Of a stretch of 64,000 nt of DNA, positions 39,125 through 51,440 are shown one piece after another. The DNA lies in contig NC_088792.1 of assembly GCF_011386835.1 (NCBI RefSeq), positions 153,078,001-153,142,000 of the forward strand. Direction: 5' to 3'. The notes beneath the pieces are model-generated. The model was given only the letters and a program-made list of their open reading frames with translations, had not been told where the DNA came from and did not search any database. A program made the translations under genes and the position numbers. Origin of the DNA: Chrysemys picta bellii (taxonomy: Eukaryota). Every line of letters starts with the position of its first letter. Positions within the stretch are counted from its first letter, which is position 1.

Positions 39125-40696
39125 CAATCGTTTGGATGTCTATCTGAGTATTGTCTTTAATTATGAGAAATTGGTGTAATATATTATGTGTTTTATGCCT
39201 GAAGTTCAGTGTGTATGTTTACATATTTTATATATGCAGAGGATGGGGGTGGGTGATCATGCAAGTTTGCAAAACTGCGAGATGTGTTTTGCTTAAAGCA
39301 AAAGGAAGTGTAAGTGCATTTTTCTGTCCTATTGCTCGATGAATATCACGTACCAAAACCCAAATATTTTTGTCTGGAATCTATACTGCTTTAGTTTTTC
39401 ATGTGCCTTTTTCCTATCCTCTTGCTAACATGAGTCCAATGACATACTTCTAACCTGCTAATAGTTCTTTGAAGGTAAGATATCTTGTATTCTGATAACT
39501 GTCTGTGTGATTCATAAGGCAAAAACAAGCCAACTCTTGAGCTTGTATAACTAGAGAACAGCAGGATAGTAAGCCTCCATTTCTTCCTTATTAGTAATAT
39601 CTTACTAACACCTAGAACCAAGCTAGTCCATTAGAAGCGTGTTAGATATTTCATTTGTAATCATTATATAGGGTTGTTTAAATTTAACTGTGACTGTTTT
39701 GCAATGGCTTGAGTACCATTGTGAAAATTACCGGATTTGATACAAAATCCTGTAGGATACCTTGCTAAAGGAAACACGTTTTATTTCTTTTAAAACACCT
39801 ACTACTTTCACAGTAAGGGACGCCAGTGTGTGTATTTTACGTGCCCTCAGTGCAATGCCACTTTTTTCTGTGAGCCAGCTCCCAGAAATAAAAATTAAAT
39901 CTTTAAAAAATGCCAAACAATATACAGTAGAACCCCTATTTTATGAACTAATTTGGAATTGAGGCATTCATAAAATCCAAGAGTTCATAAAATTGAAGAT
40001 CTCAACTTTGCAAGAGGTATGGTGCATAAGTTGCAGGGTGGTGCACCACATTCTTGGTTTTTCTTTCTTGTTCTTCAAGCCACTGCAAAGTGATTTGCAA
40101 GGCACTGAATGCATCAGAATGTGAATGTCAACTTGTTCTTCACTGACATTTTTTGTGTTATGATTTTTGCCCTCCCCATCAGAAAGATGGTTCATATAAG
40201 AAGTCATTTGTAAGATTGGATTTGTAAAATCGAGATTCTACTCCACTGCTATTTGCAAGTAGGGGGCTGTTATGTCAATAGGCAGTGTTGATTATACTGA
40301 GACCTGTCCATTCACTGGTACTTCACGCTAGACAGCAGTTTTCCGAAATGAAAACCCACGTAGGTTGTGGTTCTTGTGAGTGATCTATAGAAAAGATCCT
40401 TGTAGAACGATGTCAGGAGGGAATGTTGAATTGGAACGTCTGAGTATCTAACATCTTCCATTTCTTTTTAACATGTTGTACTTGTGGTGTCCTTAATTGT
40501 GAGGAAGTGCTTAATTTTTTTCCAGTTTGTGTGCTTTGAATGCCTTGCCTGATCTTAATTTTATTTTATTTTCCCATTTTCCATGTGTGGCAGTTTAAAT
40601 CTGAACATCATAACATTTCTGATATGGTTAAGTTTCTTTTGTGTTTGACTACATGAATCTAGCCCATTGAGTAATGCTCTTGTTTTGTTCTTATAG

Positions 40697-41838
40697 GTTT
40701 GCAGAGGGAACAAGTTGTATATCCTGTCCTAACCACTGAGCACAGTAAACTGTCTGCTGCTACTGATGGACTTCCTCTGTACAAAGGCCAGCCTGAAATG
40801 CTTGAAGTGAAAACTCAGCACAATTCAGAATCTGATTACTTCGCAAGAGATGGGCCTTCAAGCAACAGTTCTTTCCACAGCAGTGAGGGAGAGGGGACAG
40901 ACCATGAGGTGGACATCTTGGATTGTAGTGGGTCCAGGCCTTTACTTATGGACTCAGAAGAAGAAGAGGAGTCCAGTAAGTTGCAATCGACACTCAAGGA
41001 AAGATTTGTGGCTTCCAGAGAAGATTCCAAGCCCCAGCCTTCCCAGAGCGGTATGGGGAAAGCTCTGTTTACAGCCTTTCAGCAGCACTCCGGAGAAATT
41101 TTCAATGAGCCAGATGTCTTTGCCACGGCTCCTTTCCGAAGCTCAAGAATAGTGCATGATGAGTTGGACATCTTTACCAAAGCTCCCTTCATCTCCAAGA
41201 GCAATGTGCCTGTCAGGCAGCCAGAAGAGGCAGATGTATTCCTAAGTGCCCCTTTCACAAAAAAGAAAAGCTTGGAAGAGTTGACTTTTCATAACGTTTC
41301 CAAGGAGCCTCACATTCAAGCCTCTTTCCTAGGTCAAACTGGTGATGTCCAACATGTAGATAACTCCAAGTTCCAAAACTTGGATACAGGAACATGCGGA
41401 TTGTCTGTCTCATCTAGAGTTCAGTACTCTGGGGTAGGGTTTATTCAGCCAGCCAACCTTCCGTCTCATTCCGTAAGACCAGTGGAGACCCAAGAAGGCA
41501 TTCCTCCCAAAGGTACATTTAAAGATCTTGGTGGCATTCCTAATGATAAAAACCAAGGACATGCACTCCCCCAAGAAGCCATCTTGGGTTCAATGGTTAG
41601 TAAGCCTTTCCGTCCACAGTCTCTATCAAAGTATTCCCGTCACTACAGTCCGGAAGATGGGCAGGGTCTGGAAGTCCAACCTATAGCAGCATACAAAGTG
41701 GTTTCTCAGACCAACAAACAGGCTATCGCAGGATCTGTCTCTATTGCTTCTCTGTCTTCCAGGACTAAAGAGCTACCCAGCGTTGACCCATTTGCTTCAG
41801 CACCCTTTCCTTCCAAATCAGGAAAGCAAAAGCCTTAA
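40697..41838 (+). CDS. AAK1: AAK1 alternative terminal exon, 380 codons, homologous to the BMP2K/BIKE C-terminal region
   Basis: TTTTGTTCTTATAG|GT acceptor in phase 1 joins exon 30177-30281 in frame. The uninterrupted ORF has RPLLMDSEEEEE, DVFATAPF, DIFTKAPF, DVFLSAPF and DPFASAPFPSK, motifs shared with the BMP2K tail. Confidence 0.9.
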
Positions 41839-43343
41839 ACAGTCTGAGAGAAAGGGGGAATGTGCATTTCTCACAGGACCTTCAATCTCTTAGTCAAAAC
41901 GAGCAACCATAGCAATATTTTTTTTTGTTGTTCAAAACTCCAGTTGCGGTGATATTTAGTTAAACCATTTTAAGTTATGTTAGATAGTTTCAGGATATTG
42001 AATTCCAGGCTCTCAAGGTTTTTCCCATCCTTTTTTAGTGGCTATTTCCCCCCAATACTTTTTAGATTCTTATTTAAACCAGTAATATTCCATATTTTCT
42101 GGCTTCAGTGGGGGGAAATCCATTTGGGATAAAATGAATTACCATTGATACTAGCATACAGTTAGGATGCCAGAGCAAATCAATCAGGACAAGCTAATGC
42201 TCTGGAGAAGAAATGAGTTTGAAGTAGAAAGGCTGTCATGATTTTTTTTCTTCTTACCAAGGGGAATTGTGGAAGAGACCAATGTCATCACAAAGCCAGG
42301 AGCTGTAGATTGGCAACTTGATGAGGGGTGTGTGTGTGTGTGTGTTTGTGGATCATATGCACGTGGAGTAAAATTGACACATGCCACTAGTCTACCACAA
42401 GACCTATGCACCATGGAAGTCCTCTTTTAAGTATTGCATAGGCCTTGTGCTGGTCTTCTTGCCTATAAGCAGTTTTCCCTCATTGCAGATGTAATAGGCA
42501 ATTTTCACTGTCTGCAGGTAAAATACATGAAAATGTGTATCTTTCTATGGGCCTGATCCAAAACCGGTTGAAGTCAATGGAAAGACTTCAATGAGCTTTG
42601 GATCAGCTCTTTGGGATCAGGTCCCAGGTACATATGGATGGAAGTATTGGCAAAGCAATCTTTCAGACATATTCTTCCTCTCACAGTTGGCTACACTCCA
42701 GAAATACCATGATCCTACTGTGTTACTAAGGAAAAGGACAGTTGCTTAGTATTTATAATATAATTTTAAAATGTTAGTGTATCACACTTGAGTGTAGAGG
42801 AAAATATAGTTGTTGTTTAGTGTGGAAGTTAACTGTGATATTTGTCATGTGTTACTGTTGGTGGCTGAGCAGGAGTACAGTTGACCTCCTTAGGAATTGT
42901 TAGTCTGCCCCCGTGTCTTTTCGCAAAGGAAGGAAAAAGGCAAGTATCCTTAATTAATAAGCGTGCATATTTAATGGCAAGCACCAGGTAACAAAACAGT
43001 CCCTGCCAAATCTGTTGTTTTTCAAGCTATTTCACCCCAGAAAACACTTCTAAATGTCAGACTATAGGGATGCTTTTGGCTGCTGATCATTAATAGTGCT
43101 GCCCTTTTTTAAATGTCATCTGGCATATCCAGAGAAGCCACTTTCCTAGTGGACATCCTAGAAGAGCGCGATCTCTGGAAGGTCTCCATGATTCTCATTT
43201 TCTAAGGACCTGATCCAATGCCTATTTGAAGTCAATGGAGACAGTCCTGTTGACGCCAGTAGTTTCTGGAGCCAGCTCTTAAGAGCGTAGCTATGACTTT
43301 GTTCCCGATTTAATTTGACAACTTAATAATAAATGACCTAGAG

Positions 43344-43677
43344 CAGGGGTTGGCAACGTTTGGCACGCGGCTCGCCAGGCTAAGCACCCTGGCGGGCCGG
43401 GTCAGTTTATTTACCTGCTGACGTGGCAGGTTTGGACGATCGCGGCCCCCACTGGCTGCGGTTCGCCATCCCGGGCCAATGGGGGCGGCAGGAAGCCGCG
43501 GCCAGTACATCCCTCGCTCGTGCCACTTCTTGCCGCCCCCATTGGCCCGGGATGGCGAACCGCAGCCAGTGGGGGCAGTGATCGTCCGAACCTGCTGCGT
43601 CAGCAGGTAAATAAACTGGCGGGGCCCGCCAGGGTGCTTACCCTGGCGAGCCGCGTGCCAAACCTTGCTGACCCCTG
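43344..43677. mobile_element. Almost wholly palindromic hAT MITE, 334 bp
   Basis: Perfect 8-bp TSD ACCTAGAG (43336-43343, 43678-43685); arms of ~150 bp are reverse complements. Confidence 0.93.
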
Positions 43678-46600
43678 ACCTAGAGCTTTGCACTGAAAAC
43701 TAAGGGGAAATTCTGCCCTTGGTTACACTCGCAACATCTCCTTGAATTCTCTGGGCTTACACAGGGGAAATCTTAGGGTAGTGTTGGTTTGCCGAGGTTT
43801 TAAAAGTTTGTAAATAGATGGTGTGGGACTGGTGTTTAGGTTCTGCCATCTTACAAGATGGGCATGTGCTCCTAGAAACTGTTATCTTTAGCTTTATTGA
43901 ATGGAGTATGTAGCGGGGGTTCTCCTCTCTCACTGGTGTCAATCAGGGCATGACTTGTAAATCCAGCAGTCTCTCATGAGTGTAAACCTGGTGTAACTGA
44001 GTGTAGAATCGGGTCCAGTCACTTAAACACAAGACTTCCAGTCTCATGGGGAAACTGCTTTGCAAAAACTCAGACCTATGACGTTGAGCTCCCAGGTGCC
44101 CAAATAGCTGGTCAAGGAACATAGAAGGCACATTGAAACTACATATAAGCAGATCTTTGCTATGCAAAGCAAAACATTTAGTCCTACAGCTCACTGTTAA
44201 CATCACAGCCAGGAGAGAGAATTAGAACAAACTTGTCTGCCACCAAATGGGAGAGGATTAATGAAACGCTGTTCCTCTTCCTCTGCCCAACCCATACTGC
44301 AGTCAGTGACACGAGTCACATTTTGCTGGTGGACTGGTGCAGTTCTGACTTCAACGGGGCTGTACGAATGTAACCAAGGGTAAAGAACTTGACCTGATAT
44401 GCTTAATACTCAGGTAGGGGAGGGAAGAATACTTGAAAATAAGGAGCATAGATAGCTGGCGGTTGGTGACACAGTTAGCCTAGCTCAGGTTAAGTAGAAC
44501 CCCTTTTTTAAAAGGTGGGCAACTTCCTGCTGCTTGTCCGTTGCGTTTCAAGTTAGATTTTTGTAGCTGTGTGGTGGCAGCGGACCCTGTCAGCCATCCT
44601 AGAAAACGGAAGTACTGTGAACCCGTTTCTGAGTTTCTTGGAAATAACATTTTTCCCCAACTAAACTGAGGATATAGTTTGTGGGTGGGTGGCTTGGTTG
44701 GTTGGTTTAAAAAAAAAAAAGTATCAAATGCGTTACTGCTGGAATAGATGAATGCGGAATGCCTGGAACATCTGCGATGTCAAACTGTGAAATACAAGGC
44801 ATACAGATGAGACTGAGTATTTGGGCCCAGATTTGTCCTTGCATTTTGCAATCCCCTGTTATGGTCACTTGTGGAACCTGGAGACAGAACTTTGCTCTGA
44901 ACTGTTAACTTCACTTGGTGAGGTAGTGGAGGGAAGGAAGGAGAAATCTAGATTCTATGGACTGAATCTGGTGTAAATGAGGAGCCATTCCATGGAAATA
45001 AATAGTTACACCAGCATAAATGGGATGAGAACTGGACCCATTGTCTCTGATAACTGGATTCCCAAACCTAGTTTCTTTTTTTTTTTTTTTTTTTTTTTAA
45101 TGGGTGTCATATTTTTTTTACTTGAAAAAGTTACTACAGAGCTCGGTTGCTCTGTCTGTTGTTTGGAATGCTTGACTTTTTGTGAAAAGTACTGATGGAA
45201 AAGTATTGGCAAATCCTTCTTCAAACTCCTGCTAGGATCCAGCTCCTTGCTTTCTTGCCAATTAGTCCGTAATGAAGACCGGAGTTGCAGGTAATTCAGA
45301 TCTAGCTATCTTACACTGCCAGGCAGGAAAGGGAGAATGGGAAATGTACAGTAGTTTTGACAGCTGAGAGTATTTTCCTCAATTTCTTTATTTAGGTTTT
45401 GTTATGGATTGAATTTTCCAACCAGGATGTTGGCAGTTGACATCTCATTCCTCAAGCACTTTTTATGAAAAGCAAGTTAAAACTGTGCACAAGAAACTAA
45501 CAATCCTGCTAGTAAACCCAACAGGTGAATAGTTTAACTATGTACAGGAGCACTCTGTTCAGATGAGTTCATTTTGCTCAATCTACCAAATTCTGGAATT
45601 TTGCTTATGATCAGAAAACCCTGAAAATTGCATCTCATTGCCCTGTTAATCTGATTTTTTCCAGATCAACTTTTTCCCTCCCCCCACCTCTCAAGTTGTC
45701 AGCACGACAACCTCAACCTGAACTCCATTTTTTATTGGTATCTCGCTGTATCATCTAAAGTTCACTGTTTTTAATGCGCGTGGCAGAATGTACTATGGAG
45801 CTTCTGGGTTTTTTGGCAATCTTGATTTCATAAGGCTTTGACTTTTTTACTGTTCACTAGCCAGAGATACAAATGCAACAATTTAAATCACTTTTCTGAA
45901 CATAAGCACAACTTAAAAAAACAAGTTCTATTAAATTTCTTATTTCTGCCACTTCCCAGTAGCCAGTAAATTGAAGCAATCGGTTTTCAGTTTTGGCTCT
46001 GGCCAAAAACGATAAAGGTCCCTTTTCAGAAGCAACCAAGACCTGTTGAATTTCAAGGACTGTAGTCTCCTAAGCTACATGGCGCTTTTGAAAATAGTAC
46101 CCCTTCCAGTCTTGCAAATGGATCAATGCAGACTGTGCCTGCCTGAAATCCCATCGAGGTCACTGGTTTAGGGGCCCATCTGCACAAAACAGGGTCTTGG
46201 TGAACTTCCTCGTTGGCCTTAAGCAATCAGCAGAGCAAGGCGCTCTCTCTAAGCTCTGCAACTCAGTGGCTGTCCCTAATTGACTTTCTAGGAAGGAGGA
46301 GAAAACTCCTCCCTTCATGATAGCAGCAGTAGAATGAGGGGAGGCCATTTTTATTCTGATTCTCCTTCCTCCCACTCCCCTCCCCTCCCCCCCTTGACAT
46401 TAAATATACAACAAGTGTCATACCTCAAATCATATAAGATTTCTCCTGGTTGTCCCCCCCCCCCCTTTCCAAATGCACTCATGGCACAGAAAGAACTCAA
46501 ATATAATTTCATCCTGCTGTGTTGACAAATACCAGTCAGTCCTGTGACAATCTTCTGCTTCTGTAATTCTCAACTGGGGATGTGGTGGTGGTGTTGTTTC

Positions 46601-47808
46601 CCAGTTTGCTGCCAATTTAAATTTGAGTTTGGTTAAACCCTTTCCTTGGAAAGGCTTAATCAGAGCTTCTGCACACACAAATTCAGGCCAGGCAATCAGC
46701 TCCGCTCTGTTCCCTTTGCATTTTTACAATGATCATAGCTATAAGAGCTGCTTTCGGATTAGCCTGCATCTTCTTTATCTTATTGCTCTATTTCCGAGAC
46801 TCGTAACTGCATCTGCTCTCCCTTCCAGCCAGCTCAGTACTATAGTATATGTGATAAGTGTTGAGTTTACAATCTTACTCTCTTGAAGCCAGCGTGCACT
46901 CAACTGCAATCTACAGTATGCATGGAGCACACAGAAGATCCTAAACTTGCAAGAAACCCATGTAACCAATCCCGAAACACTGTAGCGGGGCATGTTTTCA
47001 GCTACATTTAATATAGCAAGTTTATACTGAGTGGGCTCGATATAACTGAGACTTTCAATCACTCCAAAGTGGGAATCCGTTACATTAACTCAGCTTCCAC
47101 CAAAGATTGTCATGTTGGAGAGTTGGTTATTGTTTAGCTTTTTATTTAAATCCAGGCCTCTTTAGGACACCCAAAGACTCAAAGTATTTTTACTCTAGGT
47201 ATTTTCACCCTGTAATCTTGTTCTGCTTTTGAAACACATTCCTGAATTATGATCAGCTGTGGTGGTGATCCTGCTAAACCATGGCCTTTCGTTTTTGTTA
47301 CGTGTACTGTAAATGCTTTACTGTTACAATAAATCTAGACTTGCCACCTGTGAAATTAGAGGGGTAGTCACTGATTACTTCCCCCTCCCCCCAAGAGAGA
47401 AAGAAAAAGGGATTAATAATCTTATACAGGTAGAGGGAGGGTAGATTATGTTCTGGCTGAGGAAGCCTGATGAGAAAATATCCAGTGGATCTGAATGAGG
47501 TAGATTCCACTAATCATTGACTAAAATAGTGAAAGACACTCTTAATGTCACAAAGTCTGAGTTGGACATGTCAGATAACTGGGAATACAATCTGTGTGCA
47601 ACTGTAGGCTGTGTATTGTAAGACCAGAGCTTCATTCAAATCCCATTTTTATTTGGGTGAAATCAGAATGGTGTTGGAAATACCTCTGACGGGCAGATTA
47701 TCGGAGTCCTGTTGCACTCCAGGTGTGATTCTGCTATGTTTCTGATAGTCTTGATGAAGAAATGTTAGAGCTGTAAACTTATGTACATTTTATTAAAAAC
47801 CTCATCTG

Positions 47809-47814
47809 AATAAA
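47809..47814 (+). terminator. Candidate distal poly(A) signal of the long AAK1 isoform (alternatives at 43328 and 47328)
   Basis: ATTAAA then AATAAA, TGTA upstream, T/GT-rich downstream. Confidence 0.5.
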
Positions 47815-50800
47815 ATGCACCTTCCCTGCTCTGTTTCTTCTTGTTGGCATGAAATCTTCACTGGGCTGGATACAAAGCATTTGGTTTTACAGTCTCTTTT
47901 GTCATGCTGGTGTTAAAGAAAACCTTCCTGATAATTGAATTTCTGCACGCCCAGGTGTACCATGGTGCTCAACAACCAAGGTCACAGGTGCTTCTAAAAA
48001 GCCTAAAGAGAGGTAGGATTCTAGATTTTGAACCAGGAAATTCAAACTGGCATGGCCTCTCTGAGCAGGGTCACACAATGGAGGTCCCATGTTATTTTAA
48101 AGGGATTTTGATTTGCTTAACCTAGGGTTGCATCATGGTGTTCAGCTAATCTGCACTCAAGCAGCAGCAGAGGTGGATCTCAGGACCTTACTGCAAAAAC
48201 ACAGGCTCTTTATGACACACAAAATCTACACAAACTCTCTTCTTTCCCTGGAAATAGAGCTTTTTACTTTCTGTACATTACCACTACCTCGCCGCTAACA
48301 CCTACAAGTATACACCAGCTAGTATGTTACACTGAGCCTATTGATTTGGGTAAATGTGCCTTAAAAAGAAAGATCAAAAAGTGCAGACATATAGAAGAGC
48401 AGTGTGGGCTGGTAAGGAAAGCCCCCAGCCTAGGGAAAAAAAATCTACCACCTCACCTCTCTCTTTCAGGCCCTTCCATTAGGGTAGAGTTGTTGAATTC
48501 AAACATAAAACAAAGCTATTTCCCTGGTAGACACAGGCTCAGAGACCATTTCTTCTGTAGCCTCTTTCTGCTCCAGGGCCAATCCCTCAAACCAACCCCT
48601 CTTGCAGTTCCCCTCCCTTACTCAGACACTTGCAGGCTTTTATACTGTAATTGATCCCTTCCCAGGTGGGTCTGATAATGGGAGGGGGGGGGGGCCTGGT
48701 CCGAGGCCCATAACGGGACAGATCACTCTGTTACAAGCAGGCTTCAGTAAAGCTTACAGGGCGGACTTACTCTGTGTCAGCACAAATGGTGGCCAAAGAA
48801 GAACAAAGCAAGCAGACCAACAAATAAGAAATTTAAGTGATAGGCAAAGGGAACTCTCTCCAGTGGACGAATGAAAGTCTGATGGGCAAAGTTTATTTGC
48901 TTTTGTGCCACTGAATTACTGCTTTCTTCTGAAGGGTCTGAAGCAGAAAAAACAGATGTGACCAGCCCAACCCTACCTTCTATCCAGTTCAAATTTGGCA
49001 GCAATACAGGCCTCTTCGATATACAAGTTTTACAGTAATGTCCTTTAAATTAGTTACAGGTGTATAGACTATGTGCTAATCTTGGTGAGATTATTTAGGA
49101 TTCAAATACTCCCCTTGAAACACAAACACACATACTGGCTAGTGGGTGAAATCTGCACAACAGAGACCCTCTGTGTCAAAGACTGTGCAGTCTAAATGAC
49201 TAAATTAATGCAATATGCTATTCTCAGACCAAATAGGTCTCTGGCAAGCTAGCTGGAGGAGAGTCTAGTTTGCCAAATTCTTGATGATGAAATCTAGTCC
49301 TAGATTTGTGCAATGTGTCTACTCTGCTGGGCTACCGTCAAAGGACGGTTACCCCTTTTTGATCTGAGCAGTTAGCCAAAGTCCAGGACCTTGCAGGTTG
49401 TTTCCATGAGGGGGAGACCTTGATGGTGGAGTCAGGTATCTGAAGTTTTCCTGTTTGTTTACAAAGAATGTACAAAGTTCTGTTTGCCAGAACAGGAACC
49501 AAATAGCAAGAGACAGTTTCTTTGCTCACAGTGTCAAGCCCCTTTCAGCCAGCACTCAGCCCAAAAACCTCTCTGTAGCTATTCAAAGGGCTACGCTCAC
49601 AGTGCGGGTGCTTCCTTGCTGCCTTCTCTCTACGTTTACTGGTCTTTCTGCTGTTTCATATATATAAACCTCCACAAAACAGTGTGAGCCAGCAACACAC
49701 CCCTCTGTTGTCATTTCTCTTAGACACAGGTTAGATGTATTTTAATGATAGAGCCTAGCAGCAGGGGCCTGGGTTCTCTAGGCACTACTGCACTGCAAGG
49801 TACCTATTGTAGTCTCAGTTTAAGAGAGGGCAGTGTGAAATACAGAAGTGAAGAGCTGCACTTTCTAAAATGGCCACTGATCATACAGAAACAAAATATG
49901 TGATCAAGAGTCAGGCAAAAACAAAAAGGATCAGGTCTCTGGAACAGACACTCTCTGAGTATTTGACCAGCACTCAGCCCAGTGGAAGGAACCCTGATCA
50001 TGGCTGGGGTCTGAGGCTACTGTTGTAACAGAACTAATGAATACAGTGTTTGTCCCAAGTTATGGAATTTTGTTGGTTCTTTCAAAGCCAGAGCTCCTGG
50101 AATGATGTGACTATCTTACATTAGTTTTAATAAAAAAAAAAATACAGTTAATTTCTAGCCCTCAGCAGGGCTAGAGAAGAATAAACACTAAAAGCACAAA
50201 AACTAGAACGTACAGAAAAAGAACCCCAAAATGTGTTTGCATTTTTTAAATCCTACTCCTTTTAAACCAATGTTATGATCTTTGGGGAGCAGCGGCCTGA
50301 TTTTTGAACACTGAGGGTTGGAAATATTGCAAATAAATAATGGAGTTTTTCACCCCAAATAGGAAATGTTTTGTTACCCTAGCATATAAAATTTTGCTCA
50401 TTTTTTTTAAATGCATAGGGCTTGCAAATATTTCTAAGCCAACCGCCTGGTGCCTCGCTGGGGCACATGGGGACAGGGTAGCAGTGGGTTTTGCAGAAGC
50501 ATTGGGGTTGCTACTTCTGTAGTGCTAATAAAAGAGAGATGAGCCTGGGCCCATAAAACAGGACCGGTGGCCGTGTATAGGGAGCTCTTTGATGGCTCTC
50601 CCGGGCCAGGTACCCGAGCAAGGGGACAACCTGGACAGGTGGGAGCCTGAAGCGGCAGGGAGAGAGCCCCTGCCCCTACTGGCCCCTGGGAGCCCCTCCC
50701 CCCACTGTTTGGGCTTAACCAGGTAGCAGTGCTGCTCCCCAAGGCTGCAGCGGGTTTGTTGCAGTGGGAGGAAGCGGCCTGCCCCGGGCCAGGCGGTGGG

Positions 50801-51011
50801 GTGCGCGCGCCCCATTCCCTGGCCTCTGCTGCCCCTAAACTCTCCACCCCGCCCCTAACAGGCCTGACCCCCAGCGGAGCCCTCGCTGCAGTTCCCCCCT
50901 GCGGCCGGCAGAGGCCGCCCTGGCGCCCCCGACTCCTTCCCAAGCAGGCGCCTGGGTGGGGCAGCCCCGCGCCGGGGGTCCTGAGTCCGGCCGCCGGCGC
51001 CTCGGGAGAGC

Positions 51012-51023
51012 CAAGATGGCGGC
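51012..51023 (+). promoter_or_regulatory. NFU1: TISU / YY1 element CAAGATGGCGGC overlapping the NFU1 start codon
   Basis: 12/12 match to SAASATGGCGGC. Confidence 0.8.
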
Positions 51024-51065
51024 AGCGGCGCGGTGGCTGCGGGCGGCGGCGGGGCTGGGCGGCCG
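51016..51065 (+). CDS. NFU1: NFU1 exon 1 (MAAAARWLRAAAGLGGR), start of mitochondrial presequence
   Basis: Strong Kozak ATG in the CpG island, CG|GTAGGT donor in phase 2; Ala/Arg-rich with no acidic residues. Confidence 0.9.
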
Positions 51066-51149
51066 GTAGGTGACCCCGGCCCGGGCTCGGCTCGTCGCAG
51101 CCCCGCCTGGGGGGGTTAACTCGTCTCCAGCCAGGGGGAAAGAGGGTCC

Positions 51150-51440
51150 CCCCTTTATCTGCCCTCCCCCCCGCGGGCCACCCGCTTTATCTTCCCGTCC
51201 CCCGCGGGTCACCCCCTTTATCTTCCCGTCCCTCGCGGGTCACCCCCGTCATCTGCCACCCCCCAACTCCCCCTCGCGGGTCACCCCCTCATCTTCTTCT
51301 CCCCCCCCCCCCCCCCCCCGCGGGCCATCCCCCCTGAACTTCTTCACACACACACACACCCCGCGGATCACTCCTCCCTTATCTCCCCCCGCCCCACTTA
51401 TCTTCCCCACCCCCGCGGGTCACCCCCCATCTCCTCCCCC
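51150..51440. repeat. Degenerate ~30-bp C-rich minisatellite in NFU1 intron 1 (core CGCGGGTCACCCC..TTTATCT)
   Basis: About seven CGCGGG(T/C)CA units and five TTATCT copies separated by C-runs. Confidence 0.85.

Larger units (their letters stand above)
31002..39145 (+). other. AAK1: Long 3'UTR of the canonical AAK1 isoform (end approximate)
   Basis: AU-rich, few young repeats; AATAAA at 32306, 32615 and 39119, the last with upstream TGTA elements and a downstream GU-rich tract. Confidence 0.6.
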
